This document shows positions 8,409-16,906 of a DNA stretch of 27,988 nucleotides, in pieces (positions within the stretch are counted from its first letter, which is position 1; the number at the start of each line of letters is the position of its first letter). Made by a program: the position numbers and the translations under genes. Location of the stretch: positions 1-27,988 of the IMG/VR virus record IMGVR_UViG_3300015050_000944; one strand, written 5' to 3'. The notes under the pieces were generated by a model. It made no database searches. It saw only the letters and a list, made by a program, of their open reading frames with translations, and was not told the origin of the DNA. This stretch comes from a virus. Lineage: Duplodnaviria > Caudoviricetes.

Positions 8409-8777
8409 ATGCCGAAGGGTCTTGGTTTTACGGAAGAAGAAGCAGCGGCGAAGAACGACAGGCGGAAAGGCGACCGCATGAGCGGCGCCGACTACGAGCG
8501 TCGCAACACCGACTACAAGCATTCCGATGGTCGCTACACGAAAAGAGAAAAGAGTGACTACGGTTATGAAAACCGACAGACACAGTTGTCCATCGACCGC
8601 GACATCCACACTCTGCCAGAGCCAGAAACTCCAGAAGACGAAACGGGGTACTGGGACAAGTCGACCAAGGCAACTGACGCCAAATTTGAAGAGTGGCGCA
8701 AGAAGCTGAAGGCGCGTGGCTATTCCGACGAGGAGATTGAAGACATCCTCTCGGATGCAGTGAGCCTGCACGACTAA
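8409..8777 (+). CDS. Small charged protein with GLGF, YERRNxxYKH and C-terminal GYSDEEIE helical module
   Basis: GAGG RBS; TAATG coupling to the nozzle gene; shares motifs with 27-314, 314-721 and 16157-16906. Confidence 0.8.
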   Translation: MPKGLGFTEEEAAAKNDRRKGDRMSGADYERRNTDYKHSDGRYTKREKSDYGYENRQTQLSIDRDIHTLPEPETPEDETGYWDKSTKATDAKFEEWRKKLKARGYSDEEIEDILSDAVSLHD

Positions 8778-10381
8778 TGCCCAGCGGCGACCTCTTTGTT
8801 CGGCACCTCTTCGGCGGCGGCTTCGCAACGGACATTGGTCCGATGTCGGACGCTGGTCCGCAGGGTGGCGGCGGGGTCGCCCAGATGGTCATCCCCTGGC
8901 TGCTGCAGTGCGACAACGCGATGTTCGACCTCGATGGCGGCATCACGAAGTCTCCAGGCACGACGAAGATCAACGCGTCGGCGCTCGAGAGCGGCGCCAC
9001 GATCCGGGGCATCTACGACTTCTGGATCCAGGGCGGCACAGGCTCGCCCTCGCAGAAGCGCATCGTGCACGTCGGCACGAAGATCAAGGCGGATGCCGGC
9101 GATGGAATCTTTGCCGACATCGCGACCGTCTCGAGCGACAGTGCGGTGCCATCGTACTGTACGTTCAACGACGAACTGATCATCAGTGACGATGCGAACT
9201 CGGCGCCCAAGAAGTGGACGGGCACGGGGTCGGCGTCAGCACTTGGCGGCTCGCCCCCGAACTTTGCCTTTGCGGTGGAACACAAGGGACGCGTCTTCGC
9301 AGCCGGCAACCCGGCACAGCCCTCGCGTCTCTACTACAGCGCCGCGTTCAACCATGAATCGTGGAACACAAGCGCGAACTACATCACCATCGGTTCGAAC
9401 GACGGGTCCGGCATCACGGGGCTGGCCTCGTACAAGGACGCGCTGATCATCTTCAAGGGTCCGAAGAGGGGGTCCATCTATGTCTTGCAGGGGGACGACA
9501 CTTCAGACTTTTCGCTTTCGCTTCTGCGCAAGAACTGTGGCTCGGCCGTCTGGCACAACGCAATCTTCCAGTACCAGGATGATCTTGCGTTCGTGGCAGC
9601 GGATGGTTCGATCCAGCGTCTTTCCGCGACGAGCGCCTTCGGTAACTTCAGCCTCGCGCACCTGACGCGCAACATCGGCAAGTACATCAACAACAACGTC
9701 GCGCGCACGTACCTGCGCAAGGCGTGCGTGGCGAACTGGGAGTCGAAGGGCGTGGCGCTTGTGACGCTGCCCATCAACTCGTCGGCCACGACGAACCTGA
9801 TCCTGATGATGGATTACCGCTTCGGCGAGGAGCCGCGCTTCAGCACGTGGACCGGCTACATGGGCAAGTGTTCGACAATGACGCTGGCGATCGACGAGAG
9901 CGATGCCGCCCGGCAGGTCGTGCTGGTCGGCGGCACGGATGGCTATGTCCGCAAGCTGGACGTGAACGCATACTCCATCGACAGCGCGACGGCGATTACC
10001 TGCATCGCGAAGACCCCACACTTGTCCTACGGCATGCCGCACATGACGAAAGTCATCACGGGCGGGTCGCTGGGATTTGCTCCGCTTACGGACGATACGG
10101 TGACGTTCAAGTGGGAGCGCGACAACGAAACCTATGGCACGCTGGAAGTCAGCCAGGGCGGCGGCGACCTGCTGTCCCCGTCATCGGGCACCGACTTCAC
10201 GCTGGACACGTCCGTGCTGGGCGGGGCGTCGTTCGTGGACACGTGGTTCGAACTCGAGACAGGCGGCGAGTTCCGCAACATTGCCTACACGTTTTCGAAC
10301 GCGGACCTGAACGGCAGTTTTGAGTTGCACTCGGTGTCGACCTTCCTGCGGGGAGCCGCACTGTCAATGGAGAATGCATAA
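8777..10381 (+). CDS. Tail nozzle/stabilisation protein (beta-propeller; tail tubular protein B / P22 gp10-like)
   Basis: 534 aa; HKGRVFAAG...SRLYYS and GSGITGLASYKDALIIFK blade motifs; follows the adaptor. Confidence 0.7.
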   Translation: MPSGDLFVRHLFGGGFATDIGPMSDAGPQGGGGVAQMVIPWLLQCDNAMFDLDGGITKSPGTTKINASALESGATIRGIYDFWIQGGTGSPSQKRIVHVGTKIKADAGDGIFADIATVSSDSAVPSYCTFNDELIISDDANSAPKKWTGTGSASALGGSPPNFAFAVEHKGRVFAAGNPAQPSRLYYSAAFNHESWNTSANYITIGSNDGSGITGLASYKDALIIFKGPKRGSIYVLQGDDTSDFSLSLLRKNCGSAVWHNAIFQYQDDLAFVAADGSIQRLSATSAFGNFSLAHLTRNIGKYINNNVARTYLRKACVANWESKGVALVTLPINSSATTNLILMMDYRFGEEPRFSTWTGYMGKCSTMTLAIDESDAARQVVLVGGTDGYVRKLDVNAYSIDSATAITCIAKTPHLSYGMPHMTKVITGGSLGFAPLTDDTVTFKWERDNETYGTLEVSQGGGDLLSPSSGTDFTLDTSVLGGASFVDTWFELETGGEFRNIAYTFSNADLNGSFELHSVSTFLRGAALSMENA

Positions 10382-10830
10382 TGGCGCTGTCACGCATCAA
10401 GACATGGGCGGCGGAAGTCCTGACCTACGCGACCCTGAACGCCGAGTTCGACAACATCCTGACGAACGGGGCGGGATCGCTGTCCAGCCCGCGCACGGCG
10501 GACTTCGACTTCAACGGCTTCAAGGCAATCCTCGACGACGCGCAGACGACGTGGGTGCAGGGGTCGACGCAGAACGTGATCGACTTCTACGGTGGCTCGA
10601 CGCTGCTGTTCAAGATGGACATGAGCGTGGCCTCGCCGGTGAATGCACTGACGTTCCTCGCGAGTGCTGCGGCGTCCGACGTGAAGATTGTTGCACGTGG
10701 GTCAGACACCAACATCAACATCGACATCGTGCCGAAGGGGTCGGGCGTGCTGAAGGTAAGCGGCACGACGCTGACAATCCCCTCGGCTGACAGTGACCAG
10801 TTCGTACTGGCTCCTCATATTTTCGGGTGA
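10381..10830 (+). CDS. Short tail fibre/needle-type structural protein
   Basis: N-terminal EVLTYATLNAEFDNI attachment-like segment; GSDTNINIDIVPKGSG fibre motif. Confidence 0.55.
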   Translation: MALSRIKTWAAEVLTYATLNAEFDNILTNGAGSLSSPRTADFDFNGFKAILDDAQTTWVQGSTQNVIDFYGGSTLLFKMDMSVASPVNALTFLASAAASDVKIVARGSDTNINIDIVPKGSGVLKVSGTTLTIPSADSDQFVLAPHIFG

Positions 10831-10833
10831 TAC

Positions 10834-11178
10834 ATGGCAACATTCTCAAAGGTAAAACTCTCCGGTTCGACGGATGGGCGCATGGTGAAGGTGGCGGCAA
10901 CGGCCACGGTCGGCACCACGATCCACACGGCGCACGCGACATCCCTGGATGAGATCAGTCTGTGGGCGGTGAACAGCGACACGACGGCGCGCAAACTGAC
11001 GATCGAGTTCGGTGGTGTGGCTGCGCCTGACAACCTGATCGAGATCACGATCCCGCCCGAGTCGGGGCTGATCCCGGTTGTGCCGGGGCTGATCCTCACG
11101 AACTCGCTGGTTGTCACGGCGTTTGCCGAGACGGCGAACGTGGTGATGGTCGGTGGCTTCATCAACAGGATCACGTGA
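10834..11178 (+). CDS. Small beta-rich tail-associated protein
   Basis: 114 aa, all-beta composition, within the fibre cluster. Confidence 0.6.
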   Translation: MATFSKVKLSGSTDGRMVKVAATATVGTTIHTAHATSLDEISLWAVNSDTTARKLTIEFGGVAAPDNLIEITIPPESGLIPVVPGLILTNSLVVTAFAETANVVMVGGFINRIT

Positions 11179-11831
11179 TGAGACAGAACTGGATGGGCTG
11201 GGGGTGGCTCTACAACCTCATGAATGGCCTGGTGGCGGACACGACACCGGATGTCACGGCTGACCACGTCATCACGCGCGATGCCAGCACGGGCTTGCCG
11301 AAGAAGGTTCTGCTGCAGCACGTCAACGTAGGCAAGCAGACAGTCTGGGTTCCGGCCGCAGCGATGACCGCGCGCACAACAAATGGCGCAGCAAGCGGCA
11401 CGACCGAGTCCACCACCAATGACGTGATGAACAAGACGTTGGACTTCGACACCACAACGTCAGAAGGCGCGCAGTTCACGGTAGCATTCCCGAAAGGCTG
11501 GAACGAAGGCACGGTGACGTTCGTGCCGTACTGGACGGCAGCGTCGGGTTCAGGCACGGTGATCTTCGCCCTGGCTGGCGTCGCACTGTCGAATGACGAC
11601 GCGATCGACACCGCGTTCGGAACGGCGCAATCCTCGACCGACACCCTGTTGACAGCATTGGACATCCACGTCGGGCCAGAAAGTTCAGCCATCACGATCG
11701 CCGGCACGCCCGCGGCGGACGACATCGTTTACTTCCAGGTGACGCGCGACATCTCGGACACGCTCGGCGTGGACGCAAAACTGATTGGCATCAAGCTGAT
11801 CTACACGACGGACACGGGCGTGGATAACTGA
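11178..11831 (+). CDS. Tail-associated structural protein
   Basis: TGATG coupling on both sides (GTG 11175 is an alternative start); T/A/D-rich; FPKGWNEGTVTF. Confidence 0.6.
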   Translation: MRQNWMGWGWLYNLMNGLVADTTPDVTADHVITRDASTGLPKKVLLQHVNVGKQTVWVPAAAMTARTTNGAASGTTESTTNDVMNKTLDFDTTTSEGAQFTVAFPKGWNEGTVTFVPYWTAASGSGTVIFALAGVALSNDDAIDTAFGTAQSSTDTLLTALDIHVGPESSAITIAGTPAADDIVYFQVTRDISDTLGVDAKLIGIKLIYTTDTGVDN

Positions 11832-12484
11832 TGAGCCTCGGCATCAACCAACTTGTGGGCTTTGGCGTGGCAGTTTCATCGTTCACGCCGGTCACGAACA
11901 CGTACAACAGCGGCATATCAGTCACTGAAACGGCTCCTGCCGGCGCAAGTTTCTGCACGGTCACCAGCGATGGTGCTGGCGGTGGTGGCGGCGTCAGGGC
12001 TGTTACTACCCCAATGGGCGCAGGCGGTGGTGCGCGCTGCGTTAGCGGGCCGTTCGCTGTATCCGGCGGCGCTCAGATTACTTACACGGTCGGCACTGCC
12101 GGTGTAGGCTATGTTGGCGCAGGATCAGGTTCCGGAACGGCAGGCGCGGCGACAACGACCACAGGCGGAACGGGCGGGTTCACGGGTCTGGCGCACAATG
12201 CTGGTGGCGGTGGTGGCAGCACCGCTTCTGCTGTCGGCGCTGCCGGAACGGCTTCGGGGGGGTCTGTGAACACTTCCGGCTCTGCTGGATTATCCGGGCT
12301 TTCTCCGGCCGTCGGCGGCGGCAATTCTGCTTCAGGCGCACTTGGCGGCGACAACACCGACGGTGCAGGTTCGGGCGGACAAGCAGGCGCAGCGCCTGGT
12401 GCTGGCGGCGGCGGTGGAACAACAGTCGACGCGACCCTTGGTGGTAACGGTGGCGCCGGCCGCATCTCGTTTGCCTACACATGA
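11831..12484 (+). CDS. Glycine-rich tail fibre-associated protein
   Basis: GAGGGGG, TYTVGTAG, APGAGGGGG, GGNGGAGRISFAY motifs of phage glycine-rich domains. Confidence 0.7.
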   Translation: MSLGINQLVGFGVAVSSFTPVTNTYNSGISVTETAPAGASFCTVTSDGAGGGGGVRAVTTPMGAGGGARCVSGPFAVSGGAQITYTVGTAGVGYVGAGSGSGTAGAATTTTGGTGGFTGLAHNAGGGGGSTASAVGAAGTASGGSVNTSGSAGLSGLSPAVGGGNSASGALGGDNTDGAGSGGQAGAAPGAGGGGGTTVDATLGGNGGAGRISFAYT

Positions 12485-12957
12485 AAGTCGGCTGGGCGCG
12501 CGACGAGGACGCAGACCAGGTCAAGGCGCTGCTCGCGGCTGACGGCCTGTTCCTCGAGGGCGGCGATTGGCGGGGCCTCGGCAAGACGTGGATGTGCGTG
12601 CGGGACGGGAAGAAGATCCTCGCCTGCATTGCCTGTCACCCAGGAATCCCCTTTGCCCGGCTGGACTATCTGTCGATCGACAGCGACGTGACAGGCTTAT
12701 CCAAGGTGCGTGTCGTGAGGAGTATCCTTGAGGCTGCATTTGCAGTCTGCGCGTTGCAGGGGTCGAGTTTCGTGAGCGGCGTGGTGCCTTACGACCTGCC
12801 GGATTATGCGGAGTTCATTCGCAAGCGTGGCGGACAGCAGATCAACGAAGGATTCATTTTCGTCGCGTCCCTGTCGGACGTGTTGAAAAGGCGGATAGAG
12901 GTTCATGGGCGGCGGAAGCAAAACAACAACATCGACGACGGTCACTCGAACACCTGA
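12481..12957 (+). CDS. GNAT-fold-like virion assembly protein (T7 gp13 / P22 gp14 position)
   Basis: ARDEDADQVKALL...CVRDGKKILACI...FIRKRGG pattern; directly upstream of the ejection genes. Confidence 0.5.
   Translation: MKVGWARDEDADQVKALLAADGLFLEGGDWRGLGKTWMCVRDGKKILACIACHPGIPFARLDYLSIDSDVTGLSKVRVVRSILEAAFAVCALQGSSFVSGVVPYDLPDYAEFIRKRGGQQINEGFIFVASLSDVLKRRIEVHGRRKQNNNIDDGHSNT
12700..12728 (+). promoter_or_regulatory. Putative late promoter copy 2 (intragenic): TCCAAG-N17-TATCCT
   Basis: ATCCAAGG at 12699-12706; GGAG immediately before the TAnnnT box; ~175 nt upstream of 12905. Confidence 0.45.
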
Positions 12958-14452
12958 AGAAATCGAGTACACCAAGCAGCAGATCGAACTTGCCAAGCAG
13001 CAACTCGCGCTGGTCGAGGAAGAGCATGGCTGGCAGTCCGAGATCTACGCGCTAACGAAGCCGCTGCTCGAGAAGTACGCCCTGATGGTTGATCAGGACT
13101 TCGCCGAGATGCAGTCGCCCGAATACCAGGCGATGAAGGCGAAGCAGCAGCAACTGGACACCGCCAACATCGACGCGCAGCTGCGCAACCTGCCCATGCA
13201 GGAAGAACTGCTGCAGCGTCAGCTGGACGAGATTCGCCGTGGCGGGGCAGCGACCGACGAGCAGAAGCGCCTGATCAAGGATGTGGCGGACCGCGCGCTG
13301 GCCGGTGGTGAGACGGACATCAACCGTTTCCTTGGAACCGGTCTGGACCAGATCCGCAACCAGATGGCGCCGGCGCGCGGCATGCGACCGGACGACGGGC
13401 CGATGCAGGAAGCCGCGCAGCGCGTCCTGGAAGAGGCTGTGCGTCAGCAAGGCCAACTGTCCCAACAGGTCCGCGGAGCGCAGTCGCAGGCCGAACTGAA
13501 CTTCCCGCTGGCGGCAGGGCAGGTCACGAACCAGGCGAACCAGTGGCAGGCGGGCTTCAACCAGGACATGAACCAGTTCCTGTCCGGACTGAAGACGCAG
13601 GCAGTGCAGAACCGCACGGCTTTGATGGGCCAGCTGTTCTCGGCGCCGATGACCGCAGGCGACCGTGGCCTCAACCTCGTCAACGTGTCTCGCCCGAACC
13701 CGGTGAACTTCCCGCAGAACACGACGACGACGCAGAAGACGAGCGGTGGCAGCATCTTTGGCGGCATCGGTGGGCTGCTGCAGGGCGTCGGTGCCGTCGC
13801 GCCGCTGTTCTCCTCGCGCAAGGCGAAGACCAACATCAAGCCAATGGAAGCGCCGCCGGGGCACATGCTGTCGCCGGGCGCGCTGAAACAGAACTTCAAC
13901 GACCTTAGTGGCGAGTCCCCCATCGGCCCTGCCAATCAGGTGCCGATCCTGACGCAGACGGTTGGCAAGCCGCCGCAGCCTGACATGCCGCAGATCCACC
14001 CACGCTGGGCAGGGCCTCAGACGGGTGGCAAGCCGCCGCAGCCCGACATCCCGCAGATCAATCCAGGGTGGGCAGGACCGCAGACGGGTGGCAAGCCGCC
14101 GGAACCCGACATCCCGCAGATCAACCCGGGCTTTGGTGGCGGGGCCATGCCGACGGTGCAGCCGCCGCGCGACGAGGAAGACGCGCTGAACCGGCTGCGC
14201 CAGCTGCCAATCTCGTCGTGGCAGTACAAGCCAGAGACAGGCCTTGGTGGCCCGACGCACGTTGGACCGATGGCCGAGGACTTCAACACGATCATGATGG
14301 GCAAGAAGCCTGAACCGTTCATCAACACGGTCGACGCCGTTGGTTCGCTGATGGCGAGCGTCAAGGCGCTCGACAAGCGGATGATGGGCCTCGGACTTGG
14401 CCAAGCGAAGAAACCGCGCAGAGCAAGAGCAGGAGCAGGAGCATGGAGATAG
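12905..14452 (+). CDS. Probable ejection (DNA transfer) protein with C-terminal peptidase S74 autocleaving chaperone
   Basis: MGGGSKTTTSTT start; Q-rich coiled coil; Gly-rich hydrophobic segment; SSRKAKTNI, then ALNRLRQLPISSWQYK, HVGPMAEDF, LMASVKAL. Confidence 0.7.
   Translation: MGGGSKTTTSTTVTRTPEEIEYTKQQIELAKQQLALVEEEHGWQSEIYALTKPLLEKYALMVDQDFAEMQSPEYQAMKAKQQQLDTANIDAQLRNLPMQEELLQRQLDEIRRGGAATDEQKRLIKDVADRALAGGETDINRFLGTGLDQIRNQMAPARGMRPDDGPMQEAAQRVLEEAVRQQGQLSQQVRGAQSQAELNFPLAAGQVTNQANQWQAGFNQDMNQFLSGLKTQAVQNRTALMGQLFSAPMTAGDRGLNLVNVSRPNPVNFPQNTTTTQKTSGGSIFGGIGGLLQGVGAVAPLFSSRKAKTNIKPMEAPPGHMLSPGALKQNFNDLSGESPIGPANQVPILTQTVGKPPQPDMPQIHPRWAGPQTGGKPPQPDIPQINPGWAGPQTGGKPPEPDIPQINPGFGGGAMPTVQPPRDEEDALNRLRQLPISSWQYKPETGLGGPTHVGPMAEDFNTIMMGKKPEPFINTVDAVGSLMASVKALDKRMMGLGLGQAKKPRRARAGAGAWR
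13955..14131 (+). repeat. ~2.8 x 63-bp coding tandem repeat (QTxGKPPQPDxPQIxPxWAGP)
   Basis: Units start at 13955, 14018 and 14081. Confidence 0.9.
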
Positions 14453-14457
14453 AGCCA

Positions 14458-14652
14458 ATGGGGCTTGGCTTTGCGAAGGCCAGGAAAAAGCCGCGCGCGT
14501 ACCCTGAAAGAAATCAGCCGTACCTTGTGCGCCCGCAGACAGTGAATGAGCGGGGTAGCCCATACGCGTATGGTGGGCGCAACGTGGGCACGTATTACAC
14601 AGAGCGGCGCAGGCCCGGCGTTCCCGCCGAACGGAAATGGATGCCAACATAA
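14458..14652 (+). CDS. Small basic protein beginning MGLGFAKARKKPR
   Basis: GGAGA 8 nt before ATG 14458 (ATG 14443 is an alternative); TAATG coupling to the next gene; fills the gap between two long genes. Confidence 0.65.
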   Translation: MGLGFAKARKKPRAYPERNQPYLVRPQTVNERGSPYAYGGRNVGTYYTERRRPGVPAERKWMPT

Positions 14653-16157
14653 TGGCTGGTCTTGGGTTTGCAAATCCGGAACGCAAGCGCGCAGAAATGC
14701 TCGCGCGCATGCACGGCTCCACGTCGCCGGTGGCGACAGCGGCACAGCCAATGCTTGGTCCGGAGATGGGACCGGCAATGCCAGCGCCACAGCAGCCGCA
14801 GGCGCAGATGCCTGGGGTTGCCCCGCCAACCCCGCCAACCCCGGCACCACTGCCCATGCCGCAGATCCCTGCAACGATCCCGCAGTCGGCACAGCCACCG
14901 CAGGCCGAGGCAGAGGCAGAGGATGACGGTCCTGCATGGCATGAAGTAATCGGTGCCTTGGGCCATGTGATCCTGTCGGCTGACGCTGGCTATCGCGGCA
15001 CGGCGCAGCCCGACAACCCGTTTGCCAAGGACCAGGACCAGGAGATGCAGGTCCAGCAGTTCATCATGAACACGGCCGCGCGCGGGTGGGAGGCGATCCG
15101 CAAGGCCGACCCCGAGAACCGCCCGGCGATCATGAAGACCTTTGCCGAGATCATCCGCAAGGTTGACCCGAACTTTGACTACGAGGCGTTTGTCGACGGC
15201 CTGATGTCCGACCCCGACCGCGTGGACCAGATGGCGCCACAGATCGCGATGATGTCGGACGAGGCCAAGGAGATGTTCATGGCCCGCGTGCGCGCGGCCG
15301 GTGGCGATCCCGCGACAGCTGCGGCGGAAGTCATCAAGGACGAGACGTTCATGAAGACGCTCACCGACTTCGATGATGAGCGCAACATGAAGGTCATGCC
15401 CTACAAGCTGGAGCGCGTGAAGGCTGCGCTTATCTCGATGGGCATGGATCCGATGATGTTCGCGAACATGACGCCGGAAGAGTTCGCGCGCGTGAACAAC
15501 GAGTTGCCCGAGAAGGCGCGCCTGACACCGGCCGAGATTGCAACGCTGCGTCGCCAGCCGTCGCTCGGCAAGATCCTTGGCCTGCGCTATGCAGACGAGG
15601 CTCCGGAGGGTGGCTCGCCGACAATGGACGGCGAAGCAGGATACAGGCCCCCGTCGCGCCCGCAGCGGCCGGCAGCGGTGATGCCTGACGAAGAACCGAT
15701 GGACGATGGTGGAGACTTTGCGCCGCCATCGCGCGCGCCCGCTCCCCCGCGGTCCAGTGCGCGACCCGCCTCCCCACCGGCCCCCCCGCCGGCGCGGGGT
15801 CCATCGGCCCCACGCCCCGCGCCAGCCCCTGCCCCGAAGCGGCCGACGACGCCTGCCCCGCAGCCATCGGGCAAGGCTCCATCGAAGCCTAGCAGCCCAT
15901 ACTACCCGCCCGGCTGGAACCCGCGCACGCCCAAGCCGCGGCCTGAACCGGCACCGGTGACGAAGGTTGATGTGCCCGGGAGCCGCCCGAAGAAACCGGC
16001 GCAGCCTGCACCCGCGCCCGATACGCAGTCGGAGGGTTCGCGCGAGCGTCGCGTCGTAATGCCGAAGGACATGGAAATCAAAGGCTTCGGCAAGGTCAAG
16101 AAAGGCGACGTGCTGGTCTATGACTACAAGAGCGGCACTTACCGGAGGGCGAAGTAA
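14652..16157 (+). CDS. Probable ejection/internal virion protein; MAGLGFA start, helical core flanked by Pro-rich arms
   Basis: Start reassigned to 14652 (TAATG overlap); second long gene of the ejection cluster. Confidence 0.65.
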   Translation: MAGLGFANPERKRAEMLARMHGSTSPVATAAQPMLGPEMGPAMPAPQQPQAQMPGVAPPTPPTPAPLPMPQIPATIPQSAQPPQAEAEAEDDGPAWHEVIGALGHVILSADAGYRGTAQPDNPFAKDQDQEMQVQQFIMNTAARGWEAIRKADPENRPAIMKTFAEIIRKVDPNFDYEAFVDGLMSDPDRVDQMAPQIAMMSDEAKEMFMARVRAAGGDPATAAAEVIKDETFMKTLTDFDDERNMKVMPYKLERVKAALISMGMDPMMFANMTPEEFARVNNELPEKARLTPAEIATLRRQPSLGKILGLRYADEAPEGGSPTMDGEAGYRPPSRPQRPAAVMPDEEPMDDGGDFAPPSRAPAPPRSSARPASPPAPPPARGPSAPRPAPAPAPKRPTTPAPQPSGKAPSKPSSPYYPPGWNPRTPKPRPEPAPVTKVDVPGSRPKKPAQPAPAPDTQSEGSRERRVVMPKDMEIKGFGKVKKGDVLVYDYKSGTYRRAK

Positions 16158-16906
16158 TGGCCGACAAGCGACCCAGCAAACCACCCCCGCGTCCGCCGGT
16201 GCCGACACCTCGGCCGAAGCCGCGCCCGCCGATTGACCGGCAGCCAGGCGACATGTTGCGCGAGCGCAGGCGGTTGTCTGCGCCAGACAATGAGCAGGAG
16301 ATGAGCATGAAGAAGATGAACAAGGGCCTCGGCTTCGCGGTCAACAAGCGACCGGTCGATTCGGGCGCCAAGCCAATGCCGTACACGCCTCGAGAAGGCG
16401 GTGGCGCCAAGACGATGCCGCTGAAGCCTGGGCAGGGCGCCGGCGCGAAGACGATGCCGTATCGTCCGAACAAGCCAGCCCTCGACCCGGTGCGCAGGAT
16501 GTCCTACGACGCGCCGGTCATGGACAGCCTTGGCGATCCGATGCCTCCTGGTTACGCCGACACGATGGAATACATTCCGGAGCGCGACGGCGATGCCTGG
16601 GGGCAGGGCGGTCCGTATCAGGGTGAGGATCCCGGCATCGTGCCGCTCGGCAAGCAGGAAGAGAACCAGAAGTGGAAGTACGATAACTGGCGTTCGGAAG
16701 AGGGTCGCCCCATTCCTGAAGACGGGGCCAATGTCTACAACGACCTGTTCGACGAGTGGGACCGCAAGCGTCCGGTGACGGGCGCGGACGAGAACCCGAC
16801 CGAGGTCGCGCAGTGGGAGCGTTCGGTGCGCCGCGCTGCAGCCGAAGCGGGCCTGAGTGAGGAAGAGATCGAACAGCTGCTCAACGACCTGTACGATCTT
16901 GACTGA
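16157..16906 (+). CDS. Pro-rich/acidic protein with KGLGFA motif and C-terminal GLSEEEIE helical module
   Basis: TAATG and TGATG coupling; shared modules with 314-721 and 8409-8777. Confidence 0.75.
   Translation: MADKRPSKPPPRPPVPTPRPKPRPPIDRQPGDMLRERRRLSAPDNEQEMSMKKMNKGLGFAVNKRPVDSGAKPMPYTPREGGGAKTMPLKPGQGAGAKTMPYRPNKPALDPVRRMSYDAPVMDSLGDPMPPGYADTMEYIPERDGDAWGQGGPYQGEDPGIVPLGKQEENQKWKYDNWRSEEGRPIPEDGANVYNDLFDEWDRKRPVTGADENPTEVAQWERSVRRAAAEAGLSEEEIEQLLNDLYDLD
16364..16468 (+). repeat. 3 x 39-bp-period coding repeat (GAKxMP[Y/L]xP)
   Basis: Units start at 16364, 16403 and 16442. Confidence 0.85.

Noticed and set aside
11831-11866. MSLGINQLVGFG as another copy of the tag
   Set aside because: Lacks the leading Gly and the following charged residues and sits on a probable external Gly-rich protein; kept as a caveat on tag specificity
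6131-12484. Diversity-generating retroelement targeting the spike or fibre genes
   Set aside because: No reverse transcriptase and no TR/VR repeat pair seen in the window
13955-14131. 63-bp-period repeats as a CRISPR or mini-array
   Set aside because: In-frame, variation mostly at codon level, whole unit repeated with no unique spacers, no cas genes
15640-16250. C-rich runs as a G-quadruplex or other non-coding element
   Set aside because: Explained by Pro-rich coding sequence
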